Below are positions 1 through 13,735 of a stretch of DNA of 64,000 nucleotides, in pieces. The translations under genes were made by a program, and so were the position numbers. Every line of letters starts with the position of its first letter. Within the stretch, counting starts at the first letter, position 1. The notes below the pieces were generated by a model. It searched no databases. It had not been told where the DNA came from and saw only the letters and a program-made list of their open reading frames with translations. Origin of the DNA: Octopus sinensis (taxonomy: Eukaryota); assembly GCF_006345805.1 (NCBI RefSeq), contig NW_021832411.1, positions 3,111 through 67,110 on the forward strand. The letters are read 5' to 3'.

Positions 1-73
1 AGGAATATACGTCAACTGCAACAACGATGAATCCACTGTTGTTACATAAATGAAGTAATTACAACACGGAGAG

Positions 74-396
74 ATTATTCTTTTATTTTTTTTACTTGTT
101 TCAGTCATTTGACTGCAGCCATGCTGGAGCACACCGAACAAATCGACCGCACGACTTCTTCTTTTTAAGCCTAGTACTTATTCTATCAGGGTCATTTGCC
201 GAACCACTAGATTACGGGAACGTAGACACACAAACATCGATTGTCAAGCGATGTTGGGGGGACAAACACAAACAGGGGACAGGCACAGACATACGAATAT
301 ATAAATGCATATATATATATATATATATATACGACGGGCTTCTTTCAGTTTCCGTCTACCAAATCCACTCACAAGGCTTTATTATGGCGCAAGACA
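74..396 (-). mobile_element. SINE family A (tRNA-derived, CORE-like central domain), partial copy
   Basis: Reverse complement of the family seen full-length at 50168-50562 (GTGAGTGGATTTGGTAGACGGAAACTGAAAGAAGCCCGTCG ... CAGCATGGCCGCAGTCAAATGACTGAAACAAGTAAAA), with an internal (TA)n. Confidence 0.85.
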
Positions 397-447
397 CCTA
401 ACCACTGGGCCACACGCACACACACACATACACACACATGTGTATAT

Positions 448-665
448 GGAAGCGCAATGGCCCAGTGGTTAGGGCAGCGGACTCGCGGTCGTAGGATCGC
501 GGTTTCGATTCCCAGACCAGGCGCTGTAAGTATTTATTGAGCGAAAACACCTAAAGGTCCACGAGGCTACGGCAGTGGTTGGTGGCGAACTCTGCTGTAC
601 TGTTTCACCACAAATTTCTCTCATTCTTCCTGTTTCCGTTGTACCTGTATTTCAAAGGGCCAGCC
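448..665 (+). mobile_element. SINE family C (tRNA-derived head), 3'-truncated
   Basis: A box TGGCCCAGTGG and B box GGTTTCGATTCCC in a tRNA-like head; body matches the minus-strand copy at 16575-16943. Confidence 0.8.
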
Positions 666-748
666 CTGATGAGAAGATTGCATTGTTTTAAATCATTTTA
701 TTCCTTCTGGAATAGTACCAATGTTTTCTTCGAAACATATGTCGGAAG
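664..748 (+). ncRNA. type I hammerhead ribozyme motif with long helix II; 5' strand of helix I truncated
   Basis: CTGATGA 666-672; helix II GAAGA..CATTG / CAATG..TCTTC; GAAA 732-735; palindromic helix III ACATATGT; GTC triplet 741-743; only 2 bp of helix I remain. Confidence 0.6.
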
Positions 749-841
749 TATACAGATTTGAATAACACCTGCGTTTAACTCCATTCATATATATTATTAT
801 ATATATATATATATATATATAGTATATATATATATATTACT

Positions 842-1445
842 TTTGCCCGACCTCACCTTGAATACTGTTGCCCACTGTGGTCTCCTCATAACAAGCAACT
901 CATTATGAAAGTAGAAGCACTCCAGTGGTCAATAACAAGAAAGATAGACAGCATGAGGGGCATTGATTATTGGGGTCGACTAAAAAAACTCAATCTCTAC
1001 CCTCTCCAACGCCAACGGGAGCGCAACATCATTTGTATGATGTGGAAAATATTTCATCAATATTGCACAAATGATGTTGGCATCAGTTTTAAAATCCATC
1101 CAAGGCTTGATCCCCGTGCTATCCACCCACTACAAAAATCAAACTGACACACATAGGAACATAACGTCACAATTACTTTACCTCTACCAGTCCAGCTCTC
1201 TTTAGTACCATACCAAAATACATCAAAACGGAAACGGATCCCATAAAATTCAAATGTTTACTGAACAAATTTCTTCAAAAAATCCCAGACCAACCTCCTA
1301 CACCCGGATATGTCTCTAACAATAATAACTCATTGCTAGAGTGGGCCTTCATGCCACATATTTGACTAAAAGATTTCACCAGGTGGTGCTATTGAATTAG
1401 ACATAGCCTGGGCCTATACTAGCCGAAAACTATCAAAATTATCAG
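842..1445 (+). mobile_element. CR1-group LINE, 3' fragment of ORF2 and 3' end
   Basis: Translation HLEYCCPLWSPH..KVEALQWSITRKI..DYWGRLKKLNLYPLQRQRERNIICMMWKI, later KFLQKIPDQP, typical of the post-RT region of CR1-like ORF2; contains stops. Confidence 0.8.
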
Positions 1446-2257
1446 TTATATATACATATATGTATATATAGGTCTGTGTGTGTATATATATATGTTTATA
1501 TATATATATTTATATGTGTGTGTTTGTATATATACATATGTGTGTATGGATGTATATATATATACACATTTCAACATATAAGCATACATACATATATGTG
1601 TGTGCGTATATATATTTGTATATATATATATATATGAATATGGGAGTTCATGGAGTTGTGTGAGTGTGTGTGTGAGTGTCCGTATATGTGTGTGTGCGTG
1701 TGACTATATGTCATGCTTGGTGTCTATCTATATACGGGTATGCATGTACCTAAATATATAAATGACTGTATAAGTACGGATTTTTATAATTACCTGTGCG
1801 TGTGCGTACATATGTATGGACGTTTATATGTATCTATGGTTGTATATAAGAGTGTATGTATATATCAGTGTATATGTATGCATTTTGTGTATAAGTGTGT
1901 GTATTCATTTCTTTCTGTATGTCTGTCACTATATCTCTGTATGTGTATCAGCATGTATACTTGTACGCATGTATGTGTGTAGACACACGCATGTGCTCAC
2001 CTTCTTTGTCCTTTGAACAGAATCAACTACAACAGTTGTCATGGTTGCGAACAGTAAGAGATGGGGGGAGGGGCAGCGCTGGCCAACACTGAATAAATCG
2101 ATCTCTAAATCCTTCGATCAATAGACCATGAAGGTAGAAGCTGCTCATTTCAATTGATTTACTCCCGCTCTTTCCGCCATCATGACCACAACCACCTCCT
2201 CCTCCCCTCTCTTCTCTACCTCTCTCTCTCTCTCTTCTATGGTATACCACCTCCTCT

Positions 2258-2301
<44 letters not shown>

Positions 2302-2485
2302 CATCCTTGCTTTTATGATGCTTATCACCTTTAAAAAATGCAAGATCAATACATCGTCGAAACAACTCTTGTATACATATATATGTATACACACACACAT
2401 ATATAAATATATGTATATATATATATATATATGTGTGTGTGCATGTATGTGTATATGTATATTTATATATATATGTATATACGTG

Positions 2486-2523
<38 letters not shown>

Positions 2524-2758
2524 TATATTTATATATATGTATATATATATCATTACATGTTTATATATATGTATATATATCATTATATATTATATATATA
2601 CATATGTATGTATATATATGCATGTATGTACGTACGTATGCATATATGTACGTATGTATGCATATATATATAAATACATCCATCTATCCATGTATGTACG
2701 TACGTATGCATGTATGTACGTACGTATGCATATATAATATACATATACATCCATCTAT

Positions 2759-2818
<60 letters not shown>

Positions 2819-3386
2819 CATATATGAATAGATGGATGGATGTACGTTGGCATGTGTGTACGTATGTGTGCCTATATCAGCGTATGTGTGTATATATGCA
2901 TAGTTTACTCTTCCCAGTCGACCAGCATCACCATCACCTCATCTCTTACCATGGCTCTTCACCGCTACCACAACCACAACCACCACCACCATCATCATCG
3001 CCACCGCCACCAGATCAATCAAGATGTCGTCATTCATGACTTACATCAAAATATCAAAACGACAACAACAAACACTACAACAGCACAAAAACAAACGTCG
3101 CCGCTTTTGCAGTTTATTCGTTTTCTTATTTGTTTCTTTTTAATACGTATGATCTTTTTTATATATATATTTTCTTCGTTCTTTGCTTTATTTGGTGGTT
3201 TTGGTTCTGCTTAACCAAACGGCCAAAGATCAACGGTTCAGAGGCGAACGTTGACGTTCAATTTCCATCAAATATGCGGGGGTCATTTTCTTGACACAGC
3301 TCTACCATTTTCATATACTGTGTGTATATATGCGAGTCCGTACATATGCGTACATACATACATGCATGAATACATATACACATACA

Positions 3387-3422
<36 letters not shown>

Positions 3423-3554
3423 TACATACATATATATATATATATACATATATAAACAGATACATGTATATATATATACATATATATACATATATACATA
3501 TATACACATATATATATATACATACATACATACATACATACATACATACATACA

Positions 3555-3770
<216 letters not shown>

Positions 3771-3807
3771 TGCATATACATAGAAATATATATATGCATA
3801 TTTACTT

Positions 3808-3847
<40 letters not shown>

Positions 3848-3989
3848 CATTTACCAGGTGAGGGGTGACAACGACTTCGAAGTTTCGGCCAACTGCCCTT
3901 TGAAAATGAGCCGTTCGAAACCTCGAAATTTATATACATGTTGAACCGCTGAACTCTACACGTTTTCTTTTTCATTCTCTCTCTTTTTA

Positions 3990-4125
3990 TTTACTCTTAA
4001 TGCTTTCTGTCAAAAAGCGTAGGTTTGAAACGTAAAAGACTTTTTCATTTTTCCTCGAACGTCAAACTAATACACTTGCTTGTTGCTCCTACACCTGTCT
4101 TCGTCGCTGTTTATCTAGAAATTTG
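3990..4125 (+). mobile_element. Penelope-like pseudo-LTR fragment, degenerate
   Basis: CTGTCAAAAAGCGTAGGTTTGAAACGTAAAAGAC...AAACTAATACAC is a diverged copy of the reverse complement of 57290-57370, which has a minimal hammerhead-like core. Confidence 0.5.
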
Positions 4126-4952
4126 AACTACACACGCATACACACATACGCACACACACACACACACATACACACACACACTCACACACACACATACACA
4201 CACACATACACACAGACACACACACACACACAACACACACATACAAACGCTCGCATAAACGCACACATGCATAGATTAGATAAATATAATGCTTAAATTT
4301 TTTTTCCTTCTTTAATACGGCCTTCCGGTTGTTATTGATATTTCTGTGGCTGCAGTTACTTTTGTATTTTATTTATATTGCCTATTCCTATAATTCGATC
4401 TCTGCTAAATATTCCATCAATATCAATATTTAGCAAAAGTTCAAACTGCAATTTTCAATCATTTTAATCTCGATTACCTTAAATTAATTGCCATGTTTTT
4501 CCTCATTCATATTTGATCATTATTGTAAGCAACTGAGATGTGTGCGCTTATGTGTGTGTGTGTGTGTGTAGCTTTGTGTGTGTATGTGTGTATGCGTGTG
4601 TGTCTGTCTGTTTGCATGTGTGTGCGCGTCTGTATCATGTATGCATGTGTATGCATTTGTGTGTATGTATGCTTGTATATGCTTGTATACTTCTGTGTGG
4701 TGTTGTGTTTATGAATGTTTGTATGTGGCTGTGTGTGTGTGTGCGTCTATGAGATGTATGTGTACGTGTGTCAGTGTGTGGATTTGCGTGTGGATGTATG
4801 TATGTGCGTATGTATGTGTGTTTGGGCGTATGTATGTGTGTGCATGTGTGTATGCGAGCGTGTGTGTGTCTGCGTGCATGTATGACTTTATGTGTACATA
4901 CTTGCGTGTTTGTGTGAACGTGTGTGTGTAGATATGTGCATACGTTTGTGTG

Positions 4953-4988
<36 letters not shown>

Positions 4989-5364
4989 TGTGTGTGTGTG
5001 TGTACATGTGTCGATAAATAGATTTGTTGGGTTGTTGGTTAATTGATCTATTTAATTTTTTTATCATATTCATTTTTTTATTTTACATTTCCGTCATGGA
5101 CATCCGATACCTAGTGCGTACCCCTAATCATTTTTGCATTTCATTTCTTGGTTCAATTTAACACTTTTATTGACAGTTGATCGATGCAGTTGTAAAGTAT
5201 CGGGTGAGTTTGCTCTCGGTATTGGTTCCTACTCTTTACGTTCTGAGTTCAAATCCCACCAGTTTTGTTAGTTTTGTCTTTCATCGTCCAGGATCGTTAA
5301 CATAAAATACCAGTAAACAACATGGGTCAATATAATCCAGTGTTCTCCTCTCCAATTTGATTTG

Positions 5365-5960
5365 GTTTTTCTCAAATGAGAAAACTTCGACCGAGATCAA
5401 TAAGTTAGCAGAAGAAATGATAGATGGTTATGTGCAGACCCTTCTGAAGTTCCAAGTGTTATGCATACAAAAGTTCCTGCAACTGTCGTGATTTTAGGGA
5501 TTGTCAGCAATGAAGGACATGTGATGCTTCCTTACTTCTTTCCACAAAGCCTAAGAGTTAATTCTGCCGCCTACATTGAGGTCCTAAAATAATTGTTAAG
5601 CCCTGGATAGACAGTGTATGAAAAGGAAAGACATATGTCTTTCAGTAAGACTCTGCACTATCACACATGGCTCTAGTAACACAGGAATGGATGGCTGAAA
5701 AATTTCATGATCACATAACCCCTAACATTTAGCCTCTTAATTTCCCAGATATCAATCCATTGGACTATTACATGTGGAGCATTGTAGAGAGAGAGAGGTC
5801 AATGAACACGCCCATAACACCAAAGATACTTTGAAAGCTACCATAGTCAGAGTAATGTCCAAAATTAACCAGAACCACCGGATTCAAGCATGTAGATGAT
5901 TTAGATCTCATATAGACGCAATTGTTGAAGCTGATGGAGCTTTTTTTAATAAATTTATAG
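5365..5960 (+). pseudogene. Tc1/mariner-superfamily DD37D (maT-type) transposase remnant
   Basis: Disrupted translation RRNDRWLCADPSEVP..PATVVILGIVSNEGHVMLPYFFPQSLRVN..YVFQ*DSALSH..PDINPLDYYMWSIVE..FRSHIDAIVEADG; 37 residues between the second and third catalytic D. Confidence 0.85.
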
Positions 5961-6274
5961 AAAAGAAGGTTTATTTTTATCCTCATAGCCTTTTTTTATG
6001 TTTCCACTCTCTTGTTTTTGTTACCAACTTTGACCCGCCATATATCCAAAATTTTAGTTTGGAAGTGATGGGAGCAACTACCTTCGAAGACCCATATTGT
6101 TGCTGAATGCTCGAAATGAGGAGTAGAAAGACAGCCGAGAACTGATGAAGGGTCGTTATTTGTGTTACTTTCCTGTTTTCAATTTTATATCTCTCGTGGT
6201 TTGCGTATTCAACTCGTTTGTTTTCCTACTTCGAATTGTTTACTGTTGGTGAAGTCCTGTACCAATATATGCAT

Positions 6275-6356
<82 letters not shown>

Positions 6357-6603
6357 TGTGTGTGTGTATGTGTGTATGTATGTATGTATGTATATATGTA
6401 TATATATTTATATATATATACGAAGTAATTAAGGGTTCAGCAACGATTTGCCTCACCACACACCGAATTTAGAAATAGCAGTCAAAAAGTTTTGGCTATT
6501 CTTTCTACTTAAAAGGGAGATCCCAGTAAAACCAAAGCACTTAAAAAACAAACGATGCAGGTAAAAGAGAAAGAAATGACGAAAATCATTCTATATTAAG
6601 TTA

Positions 6604-6694
6604 CCTACGGACGCACGTTTCGGAATTAAGTCATTGTAGAGCATAAAAAATAAATAATTATGTCTTACCTGACTATTTTTCTCCTCAGTGTAGG
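6604..6694 (-). ncRNA. type I hammerhead ribozyme motif with long helix II
   Basis: Minus strand: cctaca-CTGAGGA-(long arm with AGTC/GACT pairing)-C-GAAA-CGTGCG-TC-cgtagg; helix I cctac/gtagg; near-palindromic helix III ACGTGCGT. Confidence 0.6.
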
Positions 6695-6723
6695 ATTCTT
6701 CAATTATAAATAATTGCGTCTCA

Positions 6724-8188
6724 TAGGTTAGCAACTAAGTTCCCGCCATTTTTTATTTAAATTTTTTAAAGGTTTAATAAAAATAAACAACTAATTATGC
6801 AATAATGTATTCACCCTTGTTGTTTACAACTTTTTCCCAACGTTCAACAAGATTTACAGTACCTCGTTGATAGAAATCACCCGATTTCGACTCGAAAAAT
6901 TGATCCAACCAAGCTCTCAATTCTGCATCTGTATTGAACGAAACTCCGCGCATAGCATTTGAAAGAGATCGAAAGAGTTGGAAATATGTTGGTGGTTTTT
7001 ATTTATTTACCTTAAGCTTTCTCTTAGGTTATATTATTTTATTTGTCTTTTCTCTGAGTAAGGGAGAATATAATGATTCAACGTCACTTATACTAAAGTG
7101 TTATCATTATACCTAAAAACCCTAACTACAGTTATAACGTCATATAGACATAAACGCATGGAACGCTATATTAATGACATGTATGTTGAATATTTTAATC
7201 GTGTCCTTTAAACCGCTATAAGAAACATAAATCAATATTTATCTATGCTCAGTTGAAATGCATATTTATCTATGCTCAGTTGAAAAACAAACGTGAAGAG
7301 AAACATTTTCTTTTTAATTATTTTTTATTATATACATATAACATTTTATATTATTTACAGTAAGAAAGATAACTTTGTCGTGAAGAAAAACGACTATAAA
7401 TTCCTTAACTAATTTCTTCTTTCTATCTAATACATTAACCAACAAATCAAAATAGATTTGTGATTAACTTAGACATGGCATAAAAATTACCGATGTCTCC
7501 AAACGTTACGTGGAGTTATGTGACACCAACGAACACTGATATATTTTCCAAAATCCAGGGTTTTTATAACTGCTCAACTTGACTTAAAAAGAATCGAAAT
7601 CCCTGACAAATATTCGTTTCGAAACTTCTAGAATCTTTATATGAGCAGTTATATTAACCAATGGAAAAAAAAACAAAATGATAATTCTTCGGCAATACGA
7701 CATTACGTCATATTTCCAATTCGCACCACATTTCAAAATGGCTAAAATGGTTATTGCTACAGTGGCAAATCAGGAGAGCACGGCGGGTGAGGCAACACTT
7801 CCCAGCCATGCATTTGAATGGCTTTCTTGGTCATCTTGGCAATATGAGGGCAGGCGTTGTCGTGCAGCAGAAGAACTCCATGCTGACGATTAGGTCTTTT
7901 CTCTTTGAGGTCAAAGTTTCCATTTTTGGCAAAAACGAGCGATTCTTTCAACTATGGCAACCTCTCCATACACAGCACAAATGTCGTAAGCAGCTTTTGC
8001 GGCCTTAGAACCTTGATTAAAAGCAACAAGGTGTCGAAAATGCACGTTTTTCTTAACTTGACATTCCATTTTAATGATCTGGAAATAAACAAAAATTAAC
8101 TAGAAAAAAAACAAAATAGATTCCAAAATTTAAAAACGCAATAAATTCCAAAATTTAAAAAACCACGGGAAATTAGTTGCCAACCCAA
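6724..8188 (-). mobile_element. internally deleted mariner (DD34D-type) element with TIRs, interrupted by an insertion
   Basis: TIRs TAGGTTAGCAACTAAGTTCCCG (6724) and CGGGAAATTAGTTGCCAACCCAA+TA (8188). Minus-strand translation from ATG 8069: MECQVKKNVHFRHL..AAYDICAVYGE..NGNFDLK, then HGVLLLHDNACPH..WEVLPHPPCSPDLP, then PTYFQLFRSLSNAMRG..FYQRGTVNLVERWEKVVNNKGEY. Confidence 0.9.
6996..7761. mobile_element. unclassified 766-bp insertion with 4-bp target duplication inside the mariner
   Basis: GTGG at 6992-6995 and 7762-7765; removing the insert and one GTGG restores the mariner SPDLPPTYFQLF motif in frame. Confidence 0.7.
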
Positions 8189-9239
8189 TATATATATGTG
8201 TGTGTGTGTAATAGTAGGGTTTCGGTTACAAACTACTGGGATATTGAGGCATGTCACACCCCTGCTTTACGTTATGGTTTCAAATCCCGCCGGCTGCTGA
8301 TTTATGCTCTCTGCAAAGGGATTGAAGTTGCACAATTGAATACTCATCGTCGAAGCAAACGAAAGTCCTTTACTGAATCATAGGTTGCCTAAACCCAAAC
8401 AATAGCAACAACGACAAAAATATCAACAACGACAACAACAATATCAACAACAATTGTATTCATTCATAAGTTTGACTCATTTCACACATTTTTCCTCTTA
8501 ATTTCGAGACTGAATTACTGTTCACAAACAGGAAAAGAGATTTCTTTTTCTCTCTTTTTATTTGTTTATGTTTGTTCTTTTCTTTTTCTGTGATTTATTT
8601 AAATTAGTCATATTCTTTGCTTGTTTTTGTTTGGATGTGGAGTGGGGTGCCTTTTTTGTGGTGGCAAGGGGTCACCTCATTTATAACAATTATTTCTTAT
8701 TCGAAAGCCCGAACCACAATTTTACAACCAATCAACCTCAGTCACCTGAAATCAACCGGTCTGTTTCCCTCATATTTTAGATTCATTTTCTATCAAAGAT
8801 CACTCCTTTATCCGCCTTTGTCTGTGCAATTTAGTCTTTTGTAGTCGCTGTTGTTATTCTTGTTGTCGTTGTTGTTGTTTTTGTTGATGTTGTACGCAAC
8901 AGTGTTACCATTGTTGTTGATGATGATGTTGACAGTGTTGCTGTGTAATTGGTATCAATACACGTTAAAGATAATACCACAAGCTTCAACTATTCAACCT
9001 CAGTCACCTTGAAACAAACGAGCGGTTGCTTAGCTCACAAACGTCAATTTATCAAAACGTTAATGGCTGCCAATAAGGAAAAAATATGGCGACACAGTGA
9101 CATCTGTTTGTCACCGTACCTCATATAAACCAGACTGGTTAAGCTTGTTTGAAGCCTCATGAATATAAATCTCCGACTTTAAAGACACAAGTGTGTTTGA
9201 ATATCATTTGTTTTCTTATTATTATTTATTATTATTATT

Positions 9240-9292
<53 letters not shown>

Positions 9293-9306
9293 TGATGATG
9301 ATGATG

Positions 9307-9338
<32 letters not shown>

Positions 9339-9339
9339 C

Positions 9340-9552
9340 CTTTTTACTATAGACACGAGACCTGGAATTTGTGGGGAGGGGGATAGTCGATGGCATCGAC
9401 CCCAGTACGTAACTGGTACTTAATTTATCGACCCCGAAAGTTTCAAAGGTAAAGTCGATTTCGGCGGATTTTTAACCCAGAGCGTAAAAACCGACGAATT
9501 GCCGCTAAGCATCTCGTCCGGCGCGCTAACGATTCTGCTAGCTCGCTGCCTT
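9340..9552 (-). mobile_element. SINE family B (tRNA-derived, Meta-like domain)
   Basis: Reverse complement of GGC.GCGAGCTGGCAGAA..GTTCAAATTCCGCCGAGGTCGACTTTGCCTTTCATCCTTTCGGGGTCGATAAATTAAGTACCAG, embedded in (AAT)n. Confidence 0.85.
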
Positions 9553-9583
9553 ATGATAATAACAATAATAATAATAATAATTA

Positions 9584-9619
<36 letters not shown>

Positions 9620-9672
9620 CATCATTATTATTATTATTATTATTATTATGTGCAGTGGTTTCTTTTGTTGAT

Positions 9673-9890
9673 AGGGCAGTAGATTAACCAAATTGTTAGC
9701 GAGTCGGATAAAATACTTAGCGCCATTTCTTCCGGCTTGTTAAATTCTGGGGTCAAATGCTGCCTCGGTCGACTATACCTTTCATCCTTTCAGGGTCGAT
9801 AAAATAAGTACCAGTTAAACACTGGGGTCGATGTAATTGATTCAGCCCCATCCATAAAATTTCAGGCTTTGTCCTTGTGACTGTAGTACA
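9673..9890 (+). mobile_element. SINE family B, diverged
   Basis: GGTCGACTATACCTTTCATCCTTTCAGGGTCGATAAAATAAGTACCAG..CTGGGGTCGATGTAAT. Confidence 0.8.
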
Positions 9891-9989
9891 ACGGATCATT
9901 TTTGTTGTTGTTGTTGTTGTTGCTGCTGCTGCTGTTTTGTTTTGTGTTCTGCTTTTTTTTTAACACTTTTTATTTCAGGCGATAATGGG

Positions 9990-10020
<31 letters not shown>

Positions 10021-10679
10021 CTTTTCCTCGGTCCAGATTGGCATCGTGCGTTTCAAGTCCCTTCATCACGTGAATGACGAATGACGTTTGATCGACAAAC
10101 AGATTTATTTCTTTCTCTAAAATAAATAGCGAAAAATATGGAATTGTTGTTTCGTGACTCTTATTGCTGTTGTTTATTTTGCCCATTTGTTCCCGAACTT
10201 TGATTCTTCTGACATATAGCACCACATTTTAGCTTTTATCATTTTTTTTTATCTTTTTAGACATAAAGGTGATTATTGGATATCGAATTCTGATCTGTAT
10301 GTCACTACGAAGATCGATTGTCGTGTTTTTATTTGTGTAGGAGCATTGTAAAGGGAAACACTGCCCTGTCGGCTAATGTTTTATTTTCTGACATGTTTCG
10401 GATTGTGTTGTGCTTCGTAACACTTTTTGTTTAGCTTTGGGAGTTTCTGTTTTGGGTTTTTTTCATTTTTTTTTTTCAATATTTCCTTATAGTTGCATTG
10501 TCATGCGACGTGACAGCATGGTACAAGTATGTTTAATGTGACAATTAAATTCATACGGCATATAACTGACAATGAATGATTATATTTACATTAGGAGAGT
10601 TAGCTTACTAGTAGTTAGCTTACTAACTACTAGTAATACTCAGCGTTAGCGCTTGAAAAAGTCAACCTCTTATCCTTTA

Positions 10680-11162
<483 letters not shown>

Positions 11163-12964
11163 TTTCGTAAAAGAAAAAACTGTAATATTTCAGATACGTT
11201 TTTAGTACGATGAAGACTGTAGTATTTCTAAAGCCCTGTTTTAAGGTGTATATTTTATTTCTAAAATTCGATGCCAATGATAAACGCTCCAAAACCACGC
11301 ACTACTCGATATAAGAAAGAAAAAAAACATTTGGCATTAGTAGTAATCAGGAAAGATCACAACAACATTATTTTGGTTTTTCTACAAAGTTCATAATGAA
11401 GCAACCAGAGCTATCAGCTTAAATATCATAGGCGACGATGTTTGGTTGGTAGATGTCATGTTTCTTCTGTGTTATATTTATGTCAAGAGACAAATGAGTT
11501 ACAGCTGAATTTTTAGTTGTTTTCAATGCAGCACATCTGATGTGTCAGAGAAGTGAGCTGCGTTGTTGAATAGTGACGTCGTCACCAAACTTTTAAAACT
11601 GGGAAAAATAACTTTCGAAAAACATCAGCAACGATAGTTTTTTGGGGTTCTTTTTTTTTTCATTACATTTTGACATTGAATACGTTTGGCAATTCAATAA
11701 ATACAAACCTGTCTTCATACAATTCTTTATTGCTATTATTAATAAGAAAAAAAGGCGGTGAGTTAGCAGAATTGTTAGCACGACAGACAAAATGCTTAAC
11801 AGCGTTTATTTCGGTTTCATATTCTCAGTACAAATTCCCCCAAGACCGACTTTACCTGTCATCCCTCAAAATTTCAGGCTTTGTGTCTATTATAGAAAGG
11901 AGTATTATGATTATCATTTTTTTAACGAAATGCTTACAAATAATATTTTTTCATTATATATTTCAGAGAAATTTCTCTGAAGTTAAAAGACACGAAACTC
12001 GGTTTGTAGAACATGGCTTCATTGTCTGGAGGTTTGTTCCATTTACCATTTTCAGAAACAGAATAATGATATTGAAACCTGAATAAATCTATAAGCTATT
12101 ACAGCTATTACCACTGAAGTAATAATTACCACAATATCAACTGTTACCCCAGTACCAGTCACCATCCCAGTAACTTCACCTGGGTCTTGGATTATTTTAG
12201 CGGATGTCATTCTGTTGTAAGCATTCAAACTTGGACTCTGGTCGTAGGTTAACTCACTCCTTTCCTCTCATCAATGTCGGATGCCGTGAAGAGGTGGGTG
12301 ATGATTGTTGCTGCCCCCGCCTTCACTAAATGGTAAAACAATCCCCGTAATTATTTCAGTAGTAGTGCACATTAGTACGATAGGCAGATAATAGTATAGC
12401 AGCGACCATTGCTAGAATTACAATCATTACGACATCAAACAAGTATTATTAACATTACGTTATTACTACGTAAATAGCTTTCACTGTTGGCAGTTAATCT
12501 CTATTATCCAGCTTCAATAAAGTATTACATGTTACCAGCCATTAACATAGTAACCGCAATGTATCCTAAAACTTTATTAGAGAGAATTAACTAATTAATA
12601 TGGTCTCGATTCTATCATAAAATATCCTTCAAATACTCAGACAAATTTTCGCGATAAAATTTATTTACTCTGGATATACAAACAATAAATTTGGGATAAT
12701 GTAGTGCTAATCATTCTAAAGTTGATACGGATTAAACTAGGTTTAGACCGTGATCTTTACATTATTAGATCGTTAGAAGTGAAAATATCCAAATTGTTTT
12801 GAAACTGCTAAAAGTAGTTTCTTATGAGCGATGAAGTATTGCATAAAATATAATTATTTCCATAAAATATAATTGGAACCATAATAACAGCTATTAACAG
12901 CAGTAATGGCTGTTAACACACGACTGAAGTTATAATGGTAGCTATTATTATTACAAGCGGTGAA

Positions 12965-13525
12965 GGCGGCGAGCAGGCATAATCGTTGGCTCGCCGGGGA
13001 AAATGCTTAGCGGCATTTCGTCCTGAGTTCAAATTCCACTGAGGTCGACTCTGCCTTTCATCCATTGAGGTCGATGAAATAAATACCAGTTAAGCCCTGG
13101 GGTCGATGTAATCGACTAGCCCCCTCCCCCAAAGTTTCAGGTTTTGCGCCTGTAGTGGAAAGGCTTCTTACAACTGGTGGTGGGCTGGGCAATATGCTTA
13201 GCGGCATTTTGTCTGTCTTTACGTTCTGAGTTCAAATTCCGCCGAGGCCGACTTTACCTTTCATCCTTCCGGAGTCGATAAAATGAGTACCAGATGCGTA
13301 CTGGGGTCGATGTAATCAACTGCTGACCCTGTGTCAATGTTTGAGACCATTATTACGACAATAGTAGCGGTTTGTATTTCTTCCAACTCTTAATGTTCTG
13401 AGATCAAATCTCACCGAAGTCGATTTTGCATTTCATTTTTCAGGATCGATCAAAATAAAATACCAGTCAAATACCGGAATCGATATTATCGACAAACACA
13501 TTCCTTTAAACTTTCTGGACTCATA
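12965..13525 (+). mobile_element. cluster of three SINE family B copies
   Basis: Three successive GTTCAAATTCC..GGTCGACT..CCTTTCATCC..GTCGATAAAAT..TACCAG blocks; a further diverged copy follows at ~13758-13960. Confidence 0.8.
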
Positions 13526-13529
13526 CCTA

Positions 13530-13735
13530 ACGTATTTTCCGGTATACGAGTCGAAATTTTCACTTAAAAACTCACAGCCAAAAAGATAAGTCGACTCATA
13601 CGCCAATACGACTTTGGAAGAGCAAAAACTCCATGTGAAATGCAGCAGAATTTGGAAAAATTGTGACGATATTTCAATGATTACCTTCCATGTTTGTTCT
13701 ATATATTACACCGACTTGTATGCCGGAAAACACGG
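13530..13735. mobile_element. MITE, pogo/Tc2-like
   Basis: TA|ACGTATTTTCCGGTATACGAGTCG ... CGACTTGTATGCCGGAAAACACGG|TA: ~24-bp imperfect TIRs with TA duplication. Confidence 0.8.

Noticed and set aside
448-525. tRNA gene
   Set aside because: The tRNA-like fold continues into a repeated SINE body without a terminator; the same applies to the other SINE heads.
6105-6260. Repeat with GAAA..CTGATGAAGGG (also ~35215 and ~56570) as a permuted hammerhead
   Set aside because: I could not form the required helices; treated as an unclassified interspersed repeat.
12180-12330. Possible minus-strand exon
   Set aside because: Splice-like signals exist, but all frames stop before the distal donor and no homology is recognisable.
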